The notes under the pieces: model-generated | Seen by the model: only the letters and a program-made list of their open reading frames with translations | What the model was told of the DNA's origin: nothing | Database searches by the model: none | Source: Girardia tigrina | Taxonomy: Eukaryota | NCBI GenBank assembly: GCA_001938485.1 | Contig: MQRK01244405.1 | Coordinates: 27,215-86,167 of the forward strand | Reading direction: 5' to 3' | DNA: 58,953 nt | Program-made: the position numbers and the translations under genes | In this document: positions 13,166 through 26,795 of the stretch, piece after piece | How the letters are laid out: every line of letters begins with the position of its first letter | How positions within the stretch are numbered: the first letter of the stretch is position 1

Positions 13166-14290
13166 TGTTCGTCTCCGGATCTTCTTTTACCTCTAGAATA
13201 ATCTCTTGCTGTATTCTCTTCTCTTCTATCAGACATTTCCGATCTCCTGTCCATTTCATCATCCCTGTCGTCTAACTTCGCCAAGTGTTGTTTCTTATTC
13301 ATATATGCCAGTCGTTCTCTATATCTCTGATTAGAGTAATTTCTCCTGTCATTCAAACGATTTCTATTATTGTCCCAATTCCGTTGGTCACGTTCTTTAA
13401 ACCTATTTGGGTTTTCATAACATTGTGTTCATAGGTGTCCTATTCTTTGATAGTGGCTACACTTAAAGTTCGGACATTCTCTTCTATCATGACCTTCCTC
13501 ATGGCATGCCCAACAAATTATTTTTCTGACTTTATAATTTCGACTTGTACTGTCTCTCTTTATTTCTTCGTTCCGTTGTTTTGGTGTTCTTCTTTTATTC
13601 TCCAACAGTTTTCCAATCGTTTTCTTTCCTTGTGCTATATGCTGCAATCGGTGAATTTCTTTTCTTTTTCCCGTATTCATACATCCTCAGTTATATGTTT
13701 TCAATCTCCTCTACCTTTGTTACACCTCGAATCGCTATCTCTTGATCGACGTTATCATCATCAATCATATTAGCATAGACCAAGTTTGATAGTTATTTCT
13801 CACCAAACTTTTTCTCCACTAATTTTTCGATTATCTCATCTGCTTTGCGGAACGCAAGTGACGGGTCACCGCAACCTACTATTAACTCTATGAGATCTTT
13901 CATCAAATCCAAAATAGATTTCTCTTTTGAAAATGCTGCTCGTATTTTCTCTTCGGAAGTACTCCCTAAGGCCTTCTCGTATCTCAGAATCGCATCTGGA
14001 GTCAAGTAGGGTGTAACTAATAGGATTTTTCTCTCCTCTGATAATCCCATAATCTTTGAATACCTGTTAAAACTTATCATGAATTCTTCTAATTTGTGCT
14101 CGATCCATCGAATGTTTCTGAACCATTCTTTGAGTTTCTGTTGCAATCCGATTAAGTAATCTTATTATTAATTTACTTAATAACCAGTCTATTGTACAAC
14201 AATACAATAATACAATACATTTAATACATTTATTACCCTACGACCAAATCACGTTAAAGTTATTGGTATTCTCGAAAAATATTGAATATA

Positions 14291-14756
14291 CAGTCAAATA
14301 ATTCATTGTTGTACTGTATCCCATTTCAACAAACTCTCGTTTAAGTATTTTATCCATGATTCTTTTTATTTTCGTTGTATTTGTTTTACTTAGCCATACT
14401 AAATAATTAGATTTACAAATAATTTATTATTAAATATGTTTTTAAAAAATTATTAAATATTAAAATAAATATTTTATTTGAAAAAATTTAAATTAGAAAT
14501 TGTTTGCGCAATTATTTCCAACTAGCAAATCAAAAAATTCTTATATCCATTCTTTATGCAGACAGAACTCTACTTGACCTATATATAACCATCCATTGTT
14601 AAGACAACTTTAAAAAAATTTGTACATCATTACACATGCCACTTCAAAAATTGGAATTTCTGACGGAATCCCTGATCATAGTAAGAAAGTTTAGGAATTT
14701 TCGATATAATGAATTTTTTTCTGTCCTTTGAAATTCGTTATATCAAGACACGACTG
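14291..14756. mobile_element. pogo/Tigger-like MITE remnant
   Basis: TA-CAGTC...GACTG-TA termini. Right end TTCGTTATATCAAGACACGACTG resembles pogo-type TIRs; left TIR is poor. Confidence 0.35.
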
Positions 14757-15367
14757 TATAATGTTTCTTAGGCAGACGTGTAGGAATTCAAGCTCTCGAT
14801 AAGTTTTACTTTTATCAGTTTTTGAAGCATTATGTTTTATTTATTTTGTCTGCAGGAAAGAAGTGGTAATTTTCACACTACAGAAAGTGTTTCATGATGG
14901 CAAAGTTAATGCTTGATTGCTTCGTATCGTTTTTGACAAGCCAAATAGTCACAATGACTTTCTGTAAGTGTCACCATGTCATTGCTAAACTCAATTGATC
15001 AGGTTAATGTGGCTCAACAGTAAACCTCAGATGACCTTCTTCCACTGACTACGAAGCGTGACCGTCACTTCCGATTTTAAAAAGTCGATTTCGTGGAACT
15101 GAATCAGTTCGTCAATATTTTTTGATAAGCTGCGATGTGAAATCTGCCGCCCGTTTGAAGACATCGTAAATAAAATGCATGCCGTTATTATATATTTATA
15201 GACACACTTTCGAGTTTTTCACAAAACAGTGATTTTTTTAAAATAAACTGTTAATCACATTAATTTAAAAAGATTTTTTAAATAATTGGATATTGTTGAA
15301 AATTTATTATTGACTGACTGAATTGTTTGTTGATTGATTGATAGACTTGATTTTTTTGTTGTTATTT

Positions 15368-15388
15368 CTTGAAGCCGGCGTTGCCCGG
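15368..15388 (-). mobile_element. Helitron-like 3' terminus
   Basis: Hairpin CCGG-GCAACG-CCGG followed by CAAG where CTRR is expected. Confidence 0.4.
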
Positions 15389-17099
15389 TTAAATTCATAA
15401 CCCTTTGAAGTGTAACTAAAATTCGTCTACTGCTTACAATACAATGATTGCTTCTTCAATAATAAGTTCACCGATTCATTAAGAACAATTCATCTACCAA
15501 ATCATTCTATTAATGACCGTTCAGCCTAAGTTACCAAACATTCAAAAAACAGGAATCATTTACAATTTAAATCATTAGGGATTATTTAATCGGATCTAGT
15601 CTGGATTCATAGTATGGTTAAACGAAAGAATTCGGTCGCATTTTAACAACCAAAAAATAAAATAAGAAGGATGTCCTTTCAAAGTCTACAGAGGAAAATG
15701 ATCTTCACATTACTTTTAATACCCCCAAATTTGAGCAAGATCGTGCAAATGCACTGCTTGTTAACGAACTCTGTAAAAGCTGGGTTTTACTAGAAATACG
15801 CTTACAAATAAATGCATTTTTATTAAAGAATACGGTGCGAACCAGCAGCTTGATGAAGAACAAGCACGTCCGCTAAGAGGGACATAAACAACAGTTGTTT
15901 TTAGCTTCTGTGGTAGGATTACTACTTCTACAGGATTACTATTACAAAAATAAACTTGGAAGATATTATTTTTATCTAGTTTGTTGATGGTTCTTCCATC
16001 AACACTGAAAATTTTAAAGTGTTTACCATCGATCTTATTGCGAATTTGAAGGAAGTTGTGGGATACGATTATGATTGTTATTTTATAGATAAAACTCGCA
16101 TTTATATGAGATGGTACATTTAAAGAATAAAGGATAAACATTTTCCATTAAAGTTTTTATGTTTACTAAAATGCTAAATAGATTATAAATGCTTTCTGAG
16201 CAGACATGTTGTAAGGGACACTTTAAAAACTCTGTGTTGGCAGGAATTAAAATTTCAATGGTAAGCATCAAGATATGAAAGAAGTGATTACCTTATTTCG
16301 GGTGTTATTAGAGATAATGAAATTGTTAAAACCTGTGGATTGCAATGACTTTGATTATAAGGATGTGGAGAATGACTTCAACAGCAATGGCATATGAAGT
16401 GTATATTGATTAAAATTGTTTTGAAATAGATACTTTTTGGATTTTTTGATTTGGAATTGTGTTAATTGTTCTGAAATGTCCTAACAAAAATCATGTACAG
16501 TTACTTCCAGTATATAACTCTCTTTCTGTTGCAAAGAGATCTTTGATTGAAAATTAATATTGATGAGATCATGTTGTATTCAAAAGTAGAGATCAAGTAA
16601 ATAAAATTATCCTTCAAATTACTCAAGTAAATAAATTAATCACAGGATAATTACATTTACTAGATCCTAAAGTTGTATATATCATAAATTTTTACTTACA
16701 GAATTATTTCATTTTAACTTGCGTATAATGATTAGTTGACACAAGAGCCACGACTTAACAAATGACGAAAAACTGAGGACTAATTACGAGGCAGGAAAAC
16801 GACAAAAGACTCCCATTTCTTAAGAGAAAGCATATTCTGCAGCTTCAACATCAATAGCTACGCGCCAATGACCAACCAAAATGATTCCAAAGATCGATGC
16901 ATATTTTTTCTTGTTAAATATTTCATTTAATAAATATTTTCATTAAATGTTTTTCCTAATATTGTAAAATATTTAACATGGAAAAATATGGATGTATTTT
17001 TGTTTAAATAACATCTATCAAAAAGTATATATGAAGAAAAATAAATTTTGCAGATTTGTTATTCGTTGTTGCAAGCTATCCGGGGAACGACAAGCGATT

Positions 17100-17336
17100 T
17101 AAAAATTATACTCGAAACGGCATTTAATGGAAACGGCAGTTTTGAAATTTGGAAGAAAAAATTCAAGATGATCATGAAAATCCAAGGGATTTAGGATCCG
17201 TCCTCATATCTTCCTTTTTTGTTGACGGATGTTCCGTTAAATATATGGAATTGGATAAAAAGAAACAAAGCAACTGTGAAGAAGCACTGCAAATCTTGAA
17301 CAATTCATTCGGATTAACCAGGCGATCTGCGTACGA
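17100..17336 (+). pseudogene. Possible LTR-retrotransposon gag N-terminal fragment
   Basis: FNGNGSFEIWKKKFKMIMKIQG, then frameshifted CEEALQILNNSFG. Cut off by the mariner at 17337. Confidence 0.35.
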
Positions 17337-18240
17337 TTTCCGACCATTTTTAATTAAAGCTATTTATTTTTTAAGACAAAATGGCGTACGATTAATCTCC
17401 AAAGTATTCACCATTAACATCTATGGTCTTTTGACATCTTTGTGGCAATAAATAGATGATTTTGGTGAAAAAGTCTTCATCTTTCGAATCAATGAATTCA
17501 TCTATGCATTTCTTGATTTCATCGCGTGTTTTGAAATGTTTTCCAGAGAGATAATGTTGGAGAGACCGAAATATATGAAAATCTGTTGGAGCCAAGTCTG
17601 GTGAATAGGGCGGATGCGGTAGAACCTCCCATCCAAGCGCTAAAATCATATTTTTCGTCGCTGAGGCAACATGTGGTCTAGCGTTATCATGCAGCACTAT
17701 GGCCTTGCGTCCACTATGGCCCACATATTTCCTTAACTCGCTGATTTTTTCGTTCAGCTTAGATAATTGATCACGATAGCGTTGTGTGGTAACCATTTGC
17801 CCAGGATCCAACAGCTCATAATAAAGAAGGCCCTTCATATCAAACCACATACACAGAAGGATCTTCTTGCCATGAATATTGCGTTTTTGGATGGAGGTTG
17901 ATGGAGTTCCGGGATCTACCCATTACCTCTTTCGTTCTGAGTTATCATAATACATTCATTTCTCGTCCCCAGTGACGATTCTTCATAAAAACGATTTTCT
18001 TCGGTGGCGGGTGAGGTAAGGAAAGGCCAACAGAACCTGTACCATATGCTTGGTAAATTTCGTCCTTCGCTTGCGACGCCTTTTTGTCAAGATTAAACAT
18101 AAATAATATACAGTAGCGCATGTGATTTTTATTTGTATTTATTTCCAGGATAATAAAAAAATAAACACGTGGATTTTGGGAACAATTAAAGAAGTATATC
18201 CCTTTTTTATCAAAGGTCGGAAACTTTTGCATCGACCTAA
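17337..18240 (-). mobile_element. mariner transposon, internally deleted
   Basis: TIR TTAGGTCGATGCAAAAGTTTCCGACC at 18240 with TA; partial TIR TTTCCGACC at 17337. ORF 17392-17850 has HDNARPH and YSPDLAPTD. N-terminal piece at about 18010-18145. Confidence 0.9.
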
Positions 18241-18740
18241 TATTTACAAATACTATGTTTCCTAATTTAATTATTTGCTTGTTTCTTATCGACAACCAAT
18301 TGATCTTTTATTCATCATTGACCTCTTATAAATTCATCAACCCCGTTGGGAAACTCCAGTTTAAGCAAAAAGAAAAATTCTCGAGGAAAAATTTATGAAG
18401 GATTTAAATAAAGTTTTCTTTAAATAACTTTCGATTTTCAACGATGTTTTTTATAATTATCATTACTTTAATTATTCAGTAAATATCAAAGATCAATTTT
18501 TACGTGATCTTAGATTATCTATCGATCAATAATTTAATGACAATGTTCTATTAAAATCGAATGAAACCTGAATTATTAATAAATATAATGATAATTAATT
18601 ATCAAATGTGAAACAAGAGGTGGATGGACAATAAAATGCTGATAGCAAATTATGCGAATTAATAAATTAATAATAATAATAACGATTGGGTTCATCTTAG
18701 ACATCATTCGTCAAATATTATCACAAAACCGGAGTATGTG

Positions 18741-18889
18741 TTACAAATCAAACAGTTGGCTACTCTCCGGTTTCTGTGCTCCACCGAAAGGCTTTTGTCG
18801 ATCATTACGAGGAAAATTGGCGTTATTTGAACTATCACTATTTATTGAAAACGAAGAACTCGCTTGTTCCGAAAGAAATCGATCAAACT
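18741..18889 (-). CDS. TOM1: TOM1/TOM1L2-family gene, exon 11 (last)
   Basis: Phase-1 tag acceptor. Encodes EFDRFLSEQA...ESSQLFDL*, resembling TOM1 EEFDKFLEERA and terminal LFAL. Confidence 0.85.
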
Positions 18890-18985
18890 CTATAACGTTT
18901 TTAGGATAAATCAAACGAAATAAAATTAAATAATAAAAATAAAAAAAATATTTTTTATCGAAAGAAAAGAAAATATTCAATTTAC

Positions 18986-19025
18986 CTTGACTGGAAAGAG
19001 TGTTTAAAGACGGTTTGGGATTTGT
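18986..19025 (-). CDS. TOM1: TOM1-family exon 10
   Basis: ttttag / gtaaat, 40 nt, TNPKPSLNTLSSQ. Phase matches exon 11. Confidence 0.75.
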
Positions 19026-19087
19026 CTAAAACGAGATAAAGGATTTAACGATGAGTACTAAGTATTTTTTGAAAAGAAAAAAAATAC

Positions 19088-19144
19088 ATTTTCACTGGGA
19101 GAAATTAAACTCTGTGTTTCTTCCGGGAAATGGGAAAGGTTTTT
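19088..19144 (-). CDS. TOM1: TOM1-family exon 9
   Basis: ttcaag / gtattt, 57 nt in frame, KNLSHFPEETQSLISPSEN. Flanked by 50- and 62-nt introns. Confidence 0.65.
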
Positions 19145-19194
19145 CTTGAAGGAAGCAAATTAAAAACATTATATCGAGAACACAAATGCTATAC

Positions 19195-19329
19195 TTGGTT
19201 AGCTTTTGGAGACCTATTCATCTTCGTTATTCCATCATAAAAACCTTCAACTTCTTTTTGGGCACGAAATATATCTTCCACATTTGATTTAGACATTCGA
19301 CTTTTTAACTCATTATTTTCTTCTGATTT
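19195..19329 (-). CDS. TOM1: TOM1-family exon 8
   Basis: atttag / gtatag, 135 nt open, KSEENNELKSRMSKSNVEDIFRAQKE. Confidence 0.7.
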
Positions 19330-19726
19330 CTAAATTTAAAGGAATAGAAACAATCAGAAGTTTTATCTGACTAATTCTTATTGGTGAGTTGAAAAAAATA
19401 TAAACACACAGTATAATAATGAAATAAACATGTAAAATCTAATCTGATTACTGAGATAACCAGATATTGTGAAACAAAGTTTTAGGTTTTATTAGGTTCG
19501 AATTCAGAAGTTAAGCTTATAACCCCAAAATTTTATTAATATAACAATAACGATTTTTTAAACAAATACTTCGAGGAACCTTGTTACTTTCTTTTTACAC
19601 AAATTATTATACATAAAAATAAATATAAATATAAATATATATATTAATATCTCATTTACTGAAAATATACTGTTATGATTGTAAACTTTAATAATATTAT
19701 TAATAAAAAAATTTTTTATAAAAACA

Positions 19727-20448
19727 ACCACGTTTTTCAAGCATTACCAATGCACTAAAAAGAGGAAAATAATTTTTTTCTAGACATGTGAGAAATTTTA
19801 TACCTNNNNNNNNNNNNNNNNNNNNNNNNNNNNNNNNNNNNNNNNNNNNNNNNNNNNNNNNNNNNNNNNNNNNNNNNNNNNNNNNNNNNNNNNNNNNNNN
19901 NNNNNNNNNNNNNNNNNNNNNNNNNNNNNNNNNNNNNNNNNNNNNNNNNNNNNNNNNNNNNNNNNNNNNNNNNNNNNNNNNNNNNNNNNNNNNNNNNNNN
20001 NNNNNNNNNNNNNNNNNNNNNNNNNNNNNNNNNNNNNNNNNNNNNNNNNNNNNNNNNNNNNNNNNNNNNNNNNNNNNNNNNNNNNNNNNNNNNNNNNNNN
20101 NNNNNNNNNNNNNNNNNNNNNNNNNNNNNNNNNNNNNNNNNNNNNNNNNNAAAATTTCTTTTATCACATTGTATTGTCATCGGAAGCAAGCCTGTATAAA
20201 ACTTCATTCATGAAAATAAACGAAAAGATTGCTATTTAATACAGTGTATAAATTTGTAGATAATCGTAAATGGGTTTTTTGCAAAAAAAATTAGAAAAAA
20301 ATATTTTTTTTATAATATTGTATTGTCATCGGAAGCAAGCCTGTATAAAAAAATTCAGCTCAATTGGATGACTGAAAGTGGTCGAAAAATCAATCGCAAG
20401 ATTTGTTCCAGACAAACAGACAAGAAAGCAAGCTAATAAAAACGTGGT
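19727..20448. mobile_element. Non-autonomous element, possibly Helentron-associated (DINE/HINE-like), spanning a gap
   Basis: Inverted ACCACGTTTT / AAAACGTGGT, internal direct repeat ATTGTATTGTCATCGGAAGCAAGCCTGTATAAAA, GACA-type microsatellite near the right end. A similar end motif occurs at about 1655. Confidence 0.4.
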
Positions 20449-21299
20449 AAAAATGAAGTATATTAACATTTTTGTCACAAATATTTTAACGTTTATTACC
20501 ATTTGTAAAATAGACTTCAGTTGTTCATCCTAATTTAAATATTAATTTATATTCGCATTTGTTATTCTATTTCAATTAAAATTTTGTATTCACATAAAAT
20601 TACATTCTACTTTTAATTTTAATTTAATTCTCAATTAAATTTTGTATTTAAATAAAATTACATTTCAATTGTATTTTGATTAATTCACACCTCATTTAAT
20701 TTATTTATATTCGGATAAAGGTTACGATACAATTTTCATTTTTTTACTGTTACTCCAAATTTAAATATTAAGCTTTACATTCGAAACCAAAATTAATATT
20801 TACTTTATTAATTTTATAGTAAATCTTTTTATTAACTCTACATTAAATTTCAATAACCTATCGTAAAAATTTATCTTTAACTTTAATTAATTCTTTTTAA
20901 ATTCTGTAAATCTTATTTTAACAAAATCCTTAAATCTACTTTACAAAATATTTTTTTTAATTATTAAACTTGTCGGATTTTAAAATTCAAAAATTTTATA
21001 AACTCACCAGAAATTCTAACAGAAATGACTTTAAAAATACTTGAAATATATTAAATTAATCAAAATTATAGGTAATTGATTTTTATATGAAACCTATTTT
21101 AATTAAGAGTCACATACTTCATTTCTTAAACATGACATATTACTAAATTGGCCAAAAAATTTTGTTACAGCTTCGAAAAATTAGATTTTGTCCATAAATT
21201 ACTTATTAAAACAACACTTATTAACAATTTTTTTAAAAATACTTATTAACAAAAAAAACTCTCCATCTCAAAAGAAAATCTGGAGTGCTTAATTATTTT

Positions 21300-21357
21300 T
21301 TGGCGTCTAAAGCAGCTCGCAAGCCTTCGTCATCTAACTTTGACGGTCGGCCAGACA
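21300..21357 (-). pseudogene. Short mariner HTH-linker fragment
   Basis: Translates to SGRPSKLDDEGLRAALDA. Confidence 0.45.
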
Positions 21358-24147
21358 CTAACCGTAACTTAAACCCTAATCCTAACAGTTCTTTTCCCTT
21401 AAATTTGTTTTTTAACTGAACATTTTTTTAAAAAGTCTTTTTTTCCACCTATAGGGGAAAAAAGACAAGGCCCCAAAGCTTATGCTTATTATTTATATAA
21501 ATAAATTCAAATCCAATGACACAATCATTTGACTGACTGTTCCTTCATTTTCTACATTAGAAATCTCCTTTTGAGAATCTCTTAAAAATTTCGTTGCCAT
21601 TTTATTGATCATTGAATGATGAATTGTCATTTGATTATGAATTGTCAATGATTTATTAACAAAAATGATGGAACAAGAATTCTAAGAAAAGTACTACGTA
21701 TATTCGGAATCTATGAAGGATAAAAAAGAGTACTACAATTTTTTTTATTTTCTTTTGTGTAGAATTTGATTCCTTAGATTGATAATAACGACCAGTCTAG
21801 GTATGAAAACCAAATAGTTACTTCATTTGTTTGAAATATTGGTTGTTCTACAATCAACATTTCTCGCAAAATATTTAATTCTTGCATCGCTGTTATAACC
21901 CAGCAGGACAGTTTGGTCTTACTTATTTTAATCTTTTCGGAAATATGAATATCATTTATCGTAATTGTTCCATTAAAACAAAATATGTAATATTCTTTTT
22001 TACTGCAAAAAGAGTGTTGTGACTATGATTGCTATTTCGTAAGACTACTTTCTATCTAATACTGATTTTTTTGCAATTTACAAATTATTAAAACTAATAT
22101 TTAAATTTTATTTTTGATGGTTCCTAATGATTTTTTGTAACTAATTTCGCATAGCAAGTACAATTTTAACTTAACAATGCACGCATATGAAGAGAATTAT
22201 ATTAAACCAGCTGGTATTTACAATACACTTTTCCTAAATGAGATTAGTGGTAATAGTGCTTTAGATTTAGGAAATTTTCAGTTATCCTCATAAAGAGATT
22301 TGGAAAATATTTTGAATTAACGTAAAAATGTGCTGGAATACTTTCAAGTTCTGAAAAGGAAAAGTTTCATATTCTAAAAGATTATCAAAATGAAATTGTG
22401 GAAGACGGAACTAAGTGACAGAAAATATAAATAGAGGTATTCTTGGAAGATTACTACTTCATAAGAATTTCAATTTTTAGTTAAAAAAAGTTTAATCAGC
22501 AAATATGATTAAACTTCTTCTATAAGCTGTAAACGATCAGTAATCTTAGATTTAAAACTTTCAAGTTTGAAAATCAAATACTGAGCTACTATTTAAATTA
22601 CTAGGTTGTAACATCCAAGTAGAAGTTGACAGCTGAAAACATTTTGTCATTGTTATGTTTTGTATAACAATTTCTTGATTGGTTAAAGTAGAGAACTGAA
22701 CGATACACGGAATTAGTGTCACACTTTGTGCCAAGATATAAATATAAATGCGTATTAATAAATATTTTATCCACGTTTAAAATGGAAGTAAATCATAGTT
22801 GTTTGTTTGAAACTAATTTTTCTACTAATATATTAAAACTTCTAACACGATTACGAAACACATTTTTAGACTGAATCCATTATTATTCAAATTTTGCTTC
22901 AGTTTTTTTCAACAGACTTCATTCATGTTCGCATACTGCTTTCACATAAATTTGTTGTTTTATGAACAAAATCTTGAACAATCTTCACTAAACAGAAAAT
23001 ATTTATGACAGTAATCCGTATTGCTTGAAATAACATTTATAAAAATTTATCAATAAACTACTAACAAAATATTCAATAAATTAAAAGATATAATTGAGAA
23101 AACAAGGTGAAATCTTCTGACCAGAATATATTCAGATGATCCATATTTTTTATAACCATTCAATGATAATTTCTGTAAAATGTCAAATAAAACCGAATTC
23201 CGGTTCATCTATAATTATTTTTTAATAAATTTTAAATTATTAAATTCAAATCAATGAATAAAATTGAACCTGGTGTGTTTCTCAATTAAACATTGAAGTA
23301 ACAATCAATATACGAAAATGTGAACAAGACAGTGCATATTTCACCAAAAATAAAAGTGATAATATAATCTCAAAGTGCGCTCTATTTACATAAAACACAC
23401 TTAATTCAAAATGAAAAGATCTTTTCATAAGATTTATTATAGATCGAGGAATGACAGTCCCAATAAAAATTAATGTTTTAGAACTAAGATAAAATATATA
23501 TTCTTAACGATTCACTCAATTGATGGGTGCGGGGGGAGGCCGCTAGTGAAAGAACCCCTGTGGCAACCAGGGCCGGTGCAGAGGACGCCTTCGGGCCGAT
23601 GCATGCGGCGAATTTATTTAGGTTCCAACCAGGCACTTTTGCTCAACGATAAAAAAAAAATAAGCTCAGAATGATTTTGTCAATGAAGTTTTTTATTTTT
23701 ATAGTCATTCATATATATTTACGACATAATTTATAAATTTATATGAAAGAATAATTTATATATGTATCTATTTGTATTTTTATTGATACAAAAATTTAAT
23801 TAAAAAAGAATGTCATAAAATATTGTTTTCAAACCAAAGAAAAGATTTTAAATGAATTCAACTTCTTTTAATTACAATAGAAAAATATTAAAAATATTAC
23901 TAAACACAATTTTAAAATTTTCCTTTTACAAATCTAATGATTTATTTATTTAACTAAAATTCAATTTTTTACTATATAGATCAATGAAACAAAAACCAAA
24001 TTAAAATACCAATAAAAAAATGTTTAGTTAAGTAGCTATTTTTGAAATAGAACTATTATAGCGATAATTCTAGATAAATAAATGGTTAATAATTAAATAT
24101 TAAAAATATTAATATAAAATCCTAACACGTAAACAATTCCTATTATA

Positions 24148-24282
24148 TTAGGTTGTTGCAAAAGCACTGCAGCTTTTTGAACCTAAACTTTAAACAAATG
24201 TAACTCAGCACAGAATAAACTTTACTAATCGAAATAAAAACCATCAGAATCAATACATTTTTTTCCAACGTGTGCAAAGTTT
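24148..24282 (-). mobile_element. mariner 3'-end fragment
   Basis: TA-TTAGGTTGTTGCAAAAG TIR. Minus strand encodes a RWKK-CIDSDGFYFD* type C-terminus. Confidence 0.7.
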
Positions 24283-26795
24283 AAAGAAAATCGATTGAGT
24301 AAAAGGCCTTCAAAAACAGGTTTCTAAATTCCATGGATGCATATATATATATAAAGTAAGTTAATAAAAAGAATGGAAAAGTGATTATTACAAATCTATT
24401 ATCCAAAAAGATTCCAAAAAAGATTTTTAAAAATCACTGTAGCCCACAAAAAACCCTCTGATTGGTCGACTAATCAGAGAGAGCTATTTCAATCAACGAT
24501 TTCTCTCCACTAATCCACACACCAGCGTGATGACACTCACTCCAGATCGATACTGTTGATTCAAAAGACTCATTTTAGAGGCGAAATCGATAATAATAAC
24601 AATAATAACCCGAACAAAGACACATTTTCGGATTTATAAAACTGATCAAAATTTAAATTTTATTCAATTATTATTTATGTATTATTATTATAAATTATTA
24701 TTTTATAAGCTAGCGAAGCAGCAATGAAACAGATCGATATTGTCATTCAAAACGATTATGTCTTTTGAACAAGGAGAAGGAGACAAAATTATAAATAAAG
24801 ATTTATAATATTTTTTTATTTAAATTCCGAAACAGAGAATATCTGTAAGTCAAAGATTCCAAAAATTTGGAAATATATAAAATCAATTTAACATATAAAC
24901 TTCAACGGGAAACATTTTTAATAAATACTGAAATATTAATTACTAAATTACAACAATTAACTAAAAATTCTGATTAGAAAGAATAAAAATGGATTAATAA
25001 TTATAAATTGTATATCTAATTCCTTCTGATTTATATTCTCTACAAGCACGATGGAGGTAGAGACCTTAAAAACAAAATCACCGTAATATGAATAGATAAT
25101 TATATCGCTGATGTCTAACATCCAAAGAATAATAAGAAATTCAAAATCCGCAGATATAAATAGACAGTTAATAAATAATATAATATCTAAAATATGTTAA
25201 TAAGGTTAAGACTTGCATGTCAGTATATAAATTTAATTAGACTATACACCTAATAAATGTAAATGATAATAAACAAATTATGTCGAACTAATGTTTCCTT
25301 GTGTTATTCATATCAACTGGAAAATAATAAAGCATTTTTAAAATATGATCATAGAACTTGTTTAGATGTTTTCTTACATCATCAGTAAAGTTTTATTTTA
25401 TAAATTAACTAAAATAAAAAATAACAAGATAATCTTTTTATTTGATTTAATCAACATTTTATTGGTAAAAAATTTATTACTAATGATGATGCAAGAAAAC
25501 ATTAAAACATTTTCAAAAATGTCTCATGCTAAATGAAACGAGAAATTTTAGTTCATCGATCTTGTGGTATTCATTACACTATTAAGTAAATGTTTTACCG
25601 TACTAAATATATTACATACGGCAGATGTGCGTGTTTATTTTAATTTATTATTTGAATCCAATGAAAATGGACGCTGCAGAAAACGAACCAAGGTGTACTA
25701 AAATGATAATTGTTACTGTGTAGCTCGAAAAATTAAATAATTACAAATAATAATTGTTGGCAGCGTTGTTGAGTTCATAAAATTTTTGAATTTACAATCT
25801 AATCAAATTAATAATTAAACAATTACATTCCGTAAAATATTGTTATAGATAAGTTAAAATAAGATTGTCAGAAATTTAATGTAAACATTAATTTATGTAA
25901 GAAATAAAATAAATTTCACGGTAGGTTTATTAAAAGATTTATGCAAAGATTTATTATAAAGTAAAAAAGTTAATTTCAGTTTTGATGAAAATTTAATTGA
26001 AATAAAATCAAAAGTAATATAAAGTTCAATTTTTTATTTGCGAAATGAAAATAAACTAAACTATTTTTTGTAACTTTTAAATCGAAGTAAATTAAAAATG
26101 TAATTGTATTTTTTTTGGAAATTTTAATTGGAATCAAAATATAATTGTAAAACTATTAAATCGATTTAAATGAAAATGTGGTTTTAATTGTATTTTGGAA
26201 AACATAATTATTAATGGAAATGTAATTTTATTTTTATGTAAAAAAGGGGATAATTTAAAAGTTGTTAAATTAAACGAAATTGCGATTTTAATTTTATTTT
26301 CAAAACATTATTTTATTAAATCCAAAGTAATTTTTAAAACTTGTATGAAAACGAAATGAAAAATGCTATTGTATAGAATTGGGAAATTTAATTGAGAAAC
26401 AGGTAAATTTAAAGGTACAATAAAATTGAAATTTAATAAAACACGCAACAAAATCTTTGTTACAAAATTTTAATTCACTTTATAATTTTTTATTAAAAAA
26501 AGTATAGAATTTTAATTCGTAAAAAATACAATAGCCATATTTATATTTATATCAATTCTTATTTATAATGGTTTGTGTAAAAAAGAAAGTGCAAAAGTTC
26601 CTCCGAAATATTTGTTTAAAAAAAACTAAAATTGTGGTAGAAATAAAGTTTTGTGTTTATGACAACGTCTTTTGATCAAGAACCCAATAATAATAACTAT
26701 TAAAGAAATAACAATTGTTTAATTTAAACGAAAAAAAATGCTGAAACTTTAAAAAATTCCTGTTTCTGTATGGCATTATGTAAATTATTAAAAAC

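Larger units (their letters stand above)
8222..14150 (-). mobile_element. Ty3/Gypsy LTR retrotransposon, decayed; 5' LTR not found
   Basis: Domain order on minus is gag (13793-14146), Zn knuckle CWACHEEGHDRREC (13429-13680), protease LLDTG (12067-12417), RT (11259-11978, with YLDD at about 10691-10702), RNase H (YTDAS, 9964-10656), integrase (8650-9986), polypurine tract GAGGGGA, then the 3' LTR. Many stops and frameshifts. Confidence 0.95.

Noticed and set aside
14855-14963. AG...GTAAGT exon-like segment
   Set aside because: Stops in all three frames.
21358-21386. Telomere-like CCCTAA-type repeats
   Set aside because: Only a few degenerate units, common inside MITEs.
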